Shown here: positions 59,698-64,000 of the stretch, one piece after another
How positions within the stretch are numbered: position 1 is the first letter of the stretch
Layout: each line of letters begins with the position of its first letter
From: Salpingoeca rosetta
Taxonomy: Eukaryota > Protista > Choanoflagellata
Length of the DNA: 64,000 nt
Direction of reading: 5' to 3'
Assembly (NCBI GenBank): GCA_033442325.1
Contig: JAWQFM010000016.1
Coordinates: 1,391,459 to 1,455,458, forward strand
Program-made: the position numbers and the translations under genes
Notes under the pieces: generated by a model
What the model saw: only the letters and a program-made list of their open reading frames with translations
The model's database searches: none
What the model was told of the DNA's origin: nothing

Positions 59698-60738
59698 AAA
59701 GACAAGGAAAGACAAACAAAGGGGAGGAGAGATGCGCAGATGTGCGCGTGTGTGTTGTTTACGCATCGTGTGTTTCCGTGTGTCTTGTTGCACATCGTGT
59801 CCAACAGACGTACCTCGATGAATTTGCCGCGTGCGAGCTCCATGATCTGACTAATGTACTTCTGCCGTTCCTGAACTGGGAGCTGCCTGAGACGCGCCTT
59901 CTCCCACAACGTCTTGACTTCTGTGAGCATGGTGAAGTTAGGGTTGCTCTCTGTCTTGCGCTGCTTCCTCAGCTCCTTCTGCTCCTTGTGTGTGCTGGCG
60001 ACTGTCAAGGCAACACAAAGGGGAACAAGGGACAATGAATACGCGAATCGAATGACAGCAAAACAACGACTGAGTTCGAACGGTGCAGCCAACCAAGCAA
60101 GCAATCGCTCGACAAAACAAACCTACACCCCCACCCACGATCTCAAAGTACAGTCAAACTGCACGTATGGCGGCACGCGCGATCAAGCAAGTCTCATGTT
60201 CACGCACTTTTCCGCGCCGGCGCCCCTGTGGGCTTCTTGGACTTCTTGCTTGGGTTGGTGGAATCGCGGCCAGCACTGCTGCGCTTGCTGTGCTTGCCGT
60301 CCTTCCTCTTACCAGCACCACCAGCACCACCAGCACCACCAGCACCACCAGCACCGCTGCTGCTGCTGCTGCTACTGCCATTGTGGGCCTTCTTCTTGTG
60401 CATCTGCTTCTCCCCAGCCATCTTTGCTTGCTTGCCTGCCTGTTGCCTTTTGTGCTTGTCTCAAGACACGTGGTGGGAAAGTCGAAATTGCGTTTGCGCC
60501 TCAAAGTCAAAATTGACATTGAACGCCAACTGCAAGGACGAGAGAAAGCAGCCGCAACGTGCGCGAACGACAAACAACACAAGCAGTGGACAGCCTGCAG
60601 CAACACAACACAACAGAACACCATTCGCCAAGCACTCATTGCCCAGCCGCGCATCAGTGCACGCACACTCACTGCACACACACTCGCTGCACACACACAC
60701 TCACTGCACACACTCACTGCACACACACGAGAGTCAAG

Positions 60739-61343
60739 ATGAGCAGCTACTCTGATCTGGACAGACAGATCGACAAACTGCGGCGATGCGAGCTGATCAC
60801 AGAGGACCAAGTCCAACAACTATGCATCATGGCAAGGTTAGTCCTGCACGCATGCGAGCGCATTTGCCGCATCCGCTCGGTTTTCGCGCCTCCACAACAG
60901 TGGCCTTGTTGATGTTAGGGACTAACGTTCTTGTTGACCCCAATACAAGCCTTTGCTGCCCTCGGCACCCCATCCTTTCACCTGCTCATTTGCGCTTTGT
61001 TGACAACACCAACGGCAGGGACATCTTGATGGAGGAAGGCAACGTTCACAGTCTCAGCAGCCCAATCACGGTGTGTGTGTGTTTGTGTGTGTGTGTGTGT
61101 TTGTGTTTGTGTGTATTCGCGTACTTGTGTGTGTATATGTGTATGTGTGTATTTTTTTTGTTTTGGGCACATGTGTGTTTGTGTTTTGGCGGGAGGCGGG
61201 AGGCGTGGCGCAATACACGTGCGCCCACTGATTCAGTTCTGATTTCTCACTCTGCCACTGCCGCATTGATTGCGTGTCAGATATGTGGCGACATTCACGG
61301 CCAATTCTACGACCTGATGGAGCTGTTTGAGGTGCGCCTGCAT

Positions 61344-61399
<56 letters not shown>

Positions 61400-62366
61400 T
61401 GGCTGCCGAGTGTGGGCGATGGGCCTACACGCTTGACTCACACGTGTTGGGCGATGGTGTTGCAGATCGGAGGCGATGTTCCCCACAGACAATACCTCTT
61501 TCTCGGCGACTACGTCGATCGTGGCTTCTACAGCGTGGAGACTTTTCTCCTCCTCCTTGCGTTGAAGGTGTGTGCCTGTGTGTGTGCGTGAGTTCAATTG
61601 ATGGTGGAGCTCATGTGATGCTGCAACGCTGTTGCGTACGGCTGGTTTGGAACATGGCAAGTCTACGCTGCCTCTCAGTCTCACCGCTGTTGTTGTGGGT
61701 CGCGCCGTGTGACAGGTCCGGTTTCCCGATCGCATCATGCTCATTCGCGGCAACCACGAGAGCAGACAAATTACACAGGTGCGTTGGTGCGCCTGTGGTG
61801 TGGCACTGCATTGTGGCATTGGATGACGCCGTTGGTTGATGCATCCCCCGACATCTCCGACTGACAGCGGTCGCTGACTGACTGCTTGCCCTCGCCTGCA
61901 GGTGTATGGGTTCTATGACGAATGTTTGCGGAAATACGGCTCAGCACACGTCTGGCAGTGAGTTTGTGGCGTGCTGTGAGGCGTGCCTTGTTTCGTGCTG
62001 TGCTGTGTTTCGCAGTTGCGTGGCGCACATGTGTACAGGGCGTGCGTGACGCTGGGCGGGTGGACGAGCAAGCGAGCGACCGCATCACGTGACATCGCTT
62101 TTCAACACGACAGCGGCTCACTTAAGTGTGCTCCCAACCCCATTGCAGCCTGTGCACGGATGTGTTTGACTACCTGCCGCTCGGTGCGCTGATTGACAAC
62201 CGCGTGCTGTGTGTGCACGGCGGCCTGTCTCCGTCACTGCACACCATTGACGGCATCCGCGTCATTGATCGCAAGGTCGAGGTCCCGCACCAGGGGCCTA
62301 TGTGCGACCTCCTCTGGTCCGACCCAGAAGGTCAGCACCCCTCGTGTGTGTGTGTGCGTGTGTGTG

Positions 62367-62411
<45 letters not shown>

Positions 62412-62414
62412 GTG

Positions 62415-62463
<49 letters not shown>

Positions 62464-63411
62464 GTGTGGGTGTGTGGGTGTGGGTGTGGGTGTGGGTGTG
62501 GGTGTGGGTGTGTGTGTGCGTGTGCGTGTGTATATGTGTGTGTATCTGTATGTGTGTTTGTGTGTCTCCACCTGCTGTCCTTCCTCATCCACTGTACCCA
62601 TGGCGTGTGCAGGATCGCTCGACCACTGGGGCGTCAGTCCTCGCGGCGCTGGTTTCCTCTTCGGCTCAAAGGCCGTCGATGAGGTGCGATGCAATGTGAT
62701 GCGACGTCGTGCGACGTGGCGTGATGTGTGCGCATGCGAGTATCTGTGCTTGTCTGTGTTTGCCTTGGTTGTCTTTTGCATTGTCTTCTGTTGGTCTGTC
62801 TCCCTCACTGCCTCACGCCTGCCACTGCCGGCCGACTGCGCATCTGGCGTGCAGTTTACGAGCCAGAACGACATTGCGATGATCTGCCGCGCACACCAAC
62901 TGGTGATGGAGGGCTTCAAGTGGCACTTCAACAAGCGCGTCCTCACCATCTGGTCCGCTCCGAACTACTGCTACAGGTACCACTCATTGCTTGTGTGTGT
63001 GCTTGCGTGCGTGTGTGTCTGTCTGTGTGTCTGTCTGTGTGTGTGTCTGTCTGTGTGTCTGTCTATGTGTGTGTGTGTCTGTCTATGTGTGTGTGTGTGT
63101 CTGTCTGTCTGTCCGTCTGTCGGTGCATGCATGACTGATGTGCCCTCCTTCCCTCCCTCCCTCGCTGCCCCACTGCTCTCATTGACATAAAACCCAACTT
63201 ACGCTTGCCCTCCTCCCCCCGTTTTCAATACACACACGCACACGTACACACGCACGCTTCCCGCTGTCGAAGGTGCGGGAACGTTGCGAGTCTGTTTGAG
63301 TTCCGCGGGCTGGATGCGACGCCGCGGTACCAGTTCAAGATGTTCAACGAGGCGCCCGCAGAGACGCGCGGCAACCCGGCCCGCCCAGCAGCGCCAGACT
63401 ACTTTCTCTAG
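60739..63411 (+). CDS. PPP4C: Ser/Thr protein phosphatase 4 catalytic subunit (PPP family)
   Basis: [16 protein letters not shown]; [10 protein letters not shown]; [14 protein letters not shown]; [25 protein letters not shown]; [14 protein letters not shown]; [15 protein letters not shown]; C-terminal DYFL*. Confidence 0.92.
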
Positions 63412-63827
63412 CGCCACACCCAGCACGGTGATGAGTGGTGGTTGGAGTTGAGAGAGCACTGTTGTTATCTGGTGGTGCTGCAACATGTGGTGCAAGCGGC
63501 GGTGGTAGTGGTGGTGGTGGTGGTGGTGGTGGTGGTGGGCGTGTTTGCTTATGGTGCACTGCCGTTGGCGTTGTTCGTGTTGTGGGTGCAATCACATGTG
63601 TAAATGGCTATCAGCTTCAATGCAGAAATTACACAAAGAAAGAGCACACGCGCATGCGCGCGCAATCGTAACGGAAGAAGCATGATGGTGATGGAGACAG
63701 GGACGAAACGGGACACAAAGGGCCTTGGAAACAGCACACGCGCGAACGAAAGGGACGAAGGGAAGGATGGAATGCACGTGTAAAGATGAGCAATGCACCC
63801 GTTGCCAGCAACGAGTGAGCCAGCGAA

Positions 63828-63999
<172 letters not shown>

Positions 64000-64000
64000 C

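Noticed and set aside
60739-63411. PP2A or PP6 assignment
   Set aside because: [28 protein letters not shown] and TIWSAPNY fit PP4 best; PP2A has FSAPNY and TPDYFL.

Overview
Compact, intron-rich eukaryotic genomic DNA in which most introns are filled with (CA)n/(GT)n, (GA)n or trinucleotide microsatellites. This texture plus an SH3-SH2 tyrosine kinase suggests a choanoflagellate, probably Salpingoeca-like (inference only). Most ORF-track entries are microsatellite artefacts. Manual splicing gives about 17 protein genes and one tRNA-Leu(CAA). In order: CUE/DUF1771/Smr protein (+, 5'-partial), neuroguidin (-), COG6 (-), bL28m (+), SIN1 (+), an orphan type-I membrane protein (-), SGF29 (+), ARPC4 (-), tRNA-Leu (+), QSOX (-), VPS10-domain receptor (+), SLC25A38 (+), Abl kinase (-), a nuclease-kinase fusion (-), a double-PC4 protein (+), ZIP11 (+), PUM3/Puf6 (-) and PPP4C (+). 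The most notable item is a ~760-aa gene (44472-48420, -) that joins a PD-(D/E)xK-like nuclease domain to an atypical FunK1/Crinkler-type kinase, the architecture of CR-type eukaryotic effectors/toxins. It lies head-to-head, 126 bp apart, with a gene carrying two tandem PC4 ssDNA-binding domains. Also notable: a QSOX with no Erv catalytic domain in the assembly, a SorCS-like receptor with a TSP1 insert, and an Abl with a candidate myristoylated cap but no canonical linker. Two first-exon tandem duplications and one N gap point to assembly problems at microsatellites. Exon boundaries were inferred by eye and are unverified.
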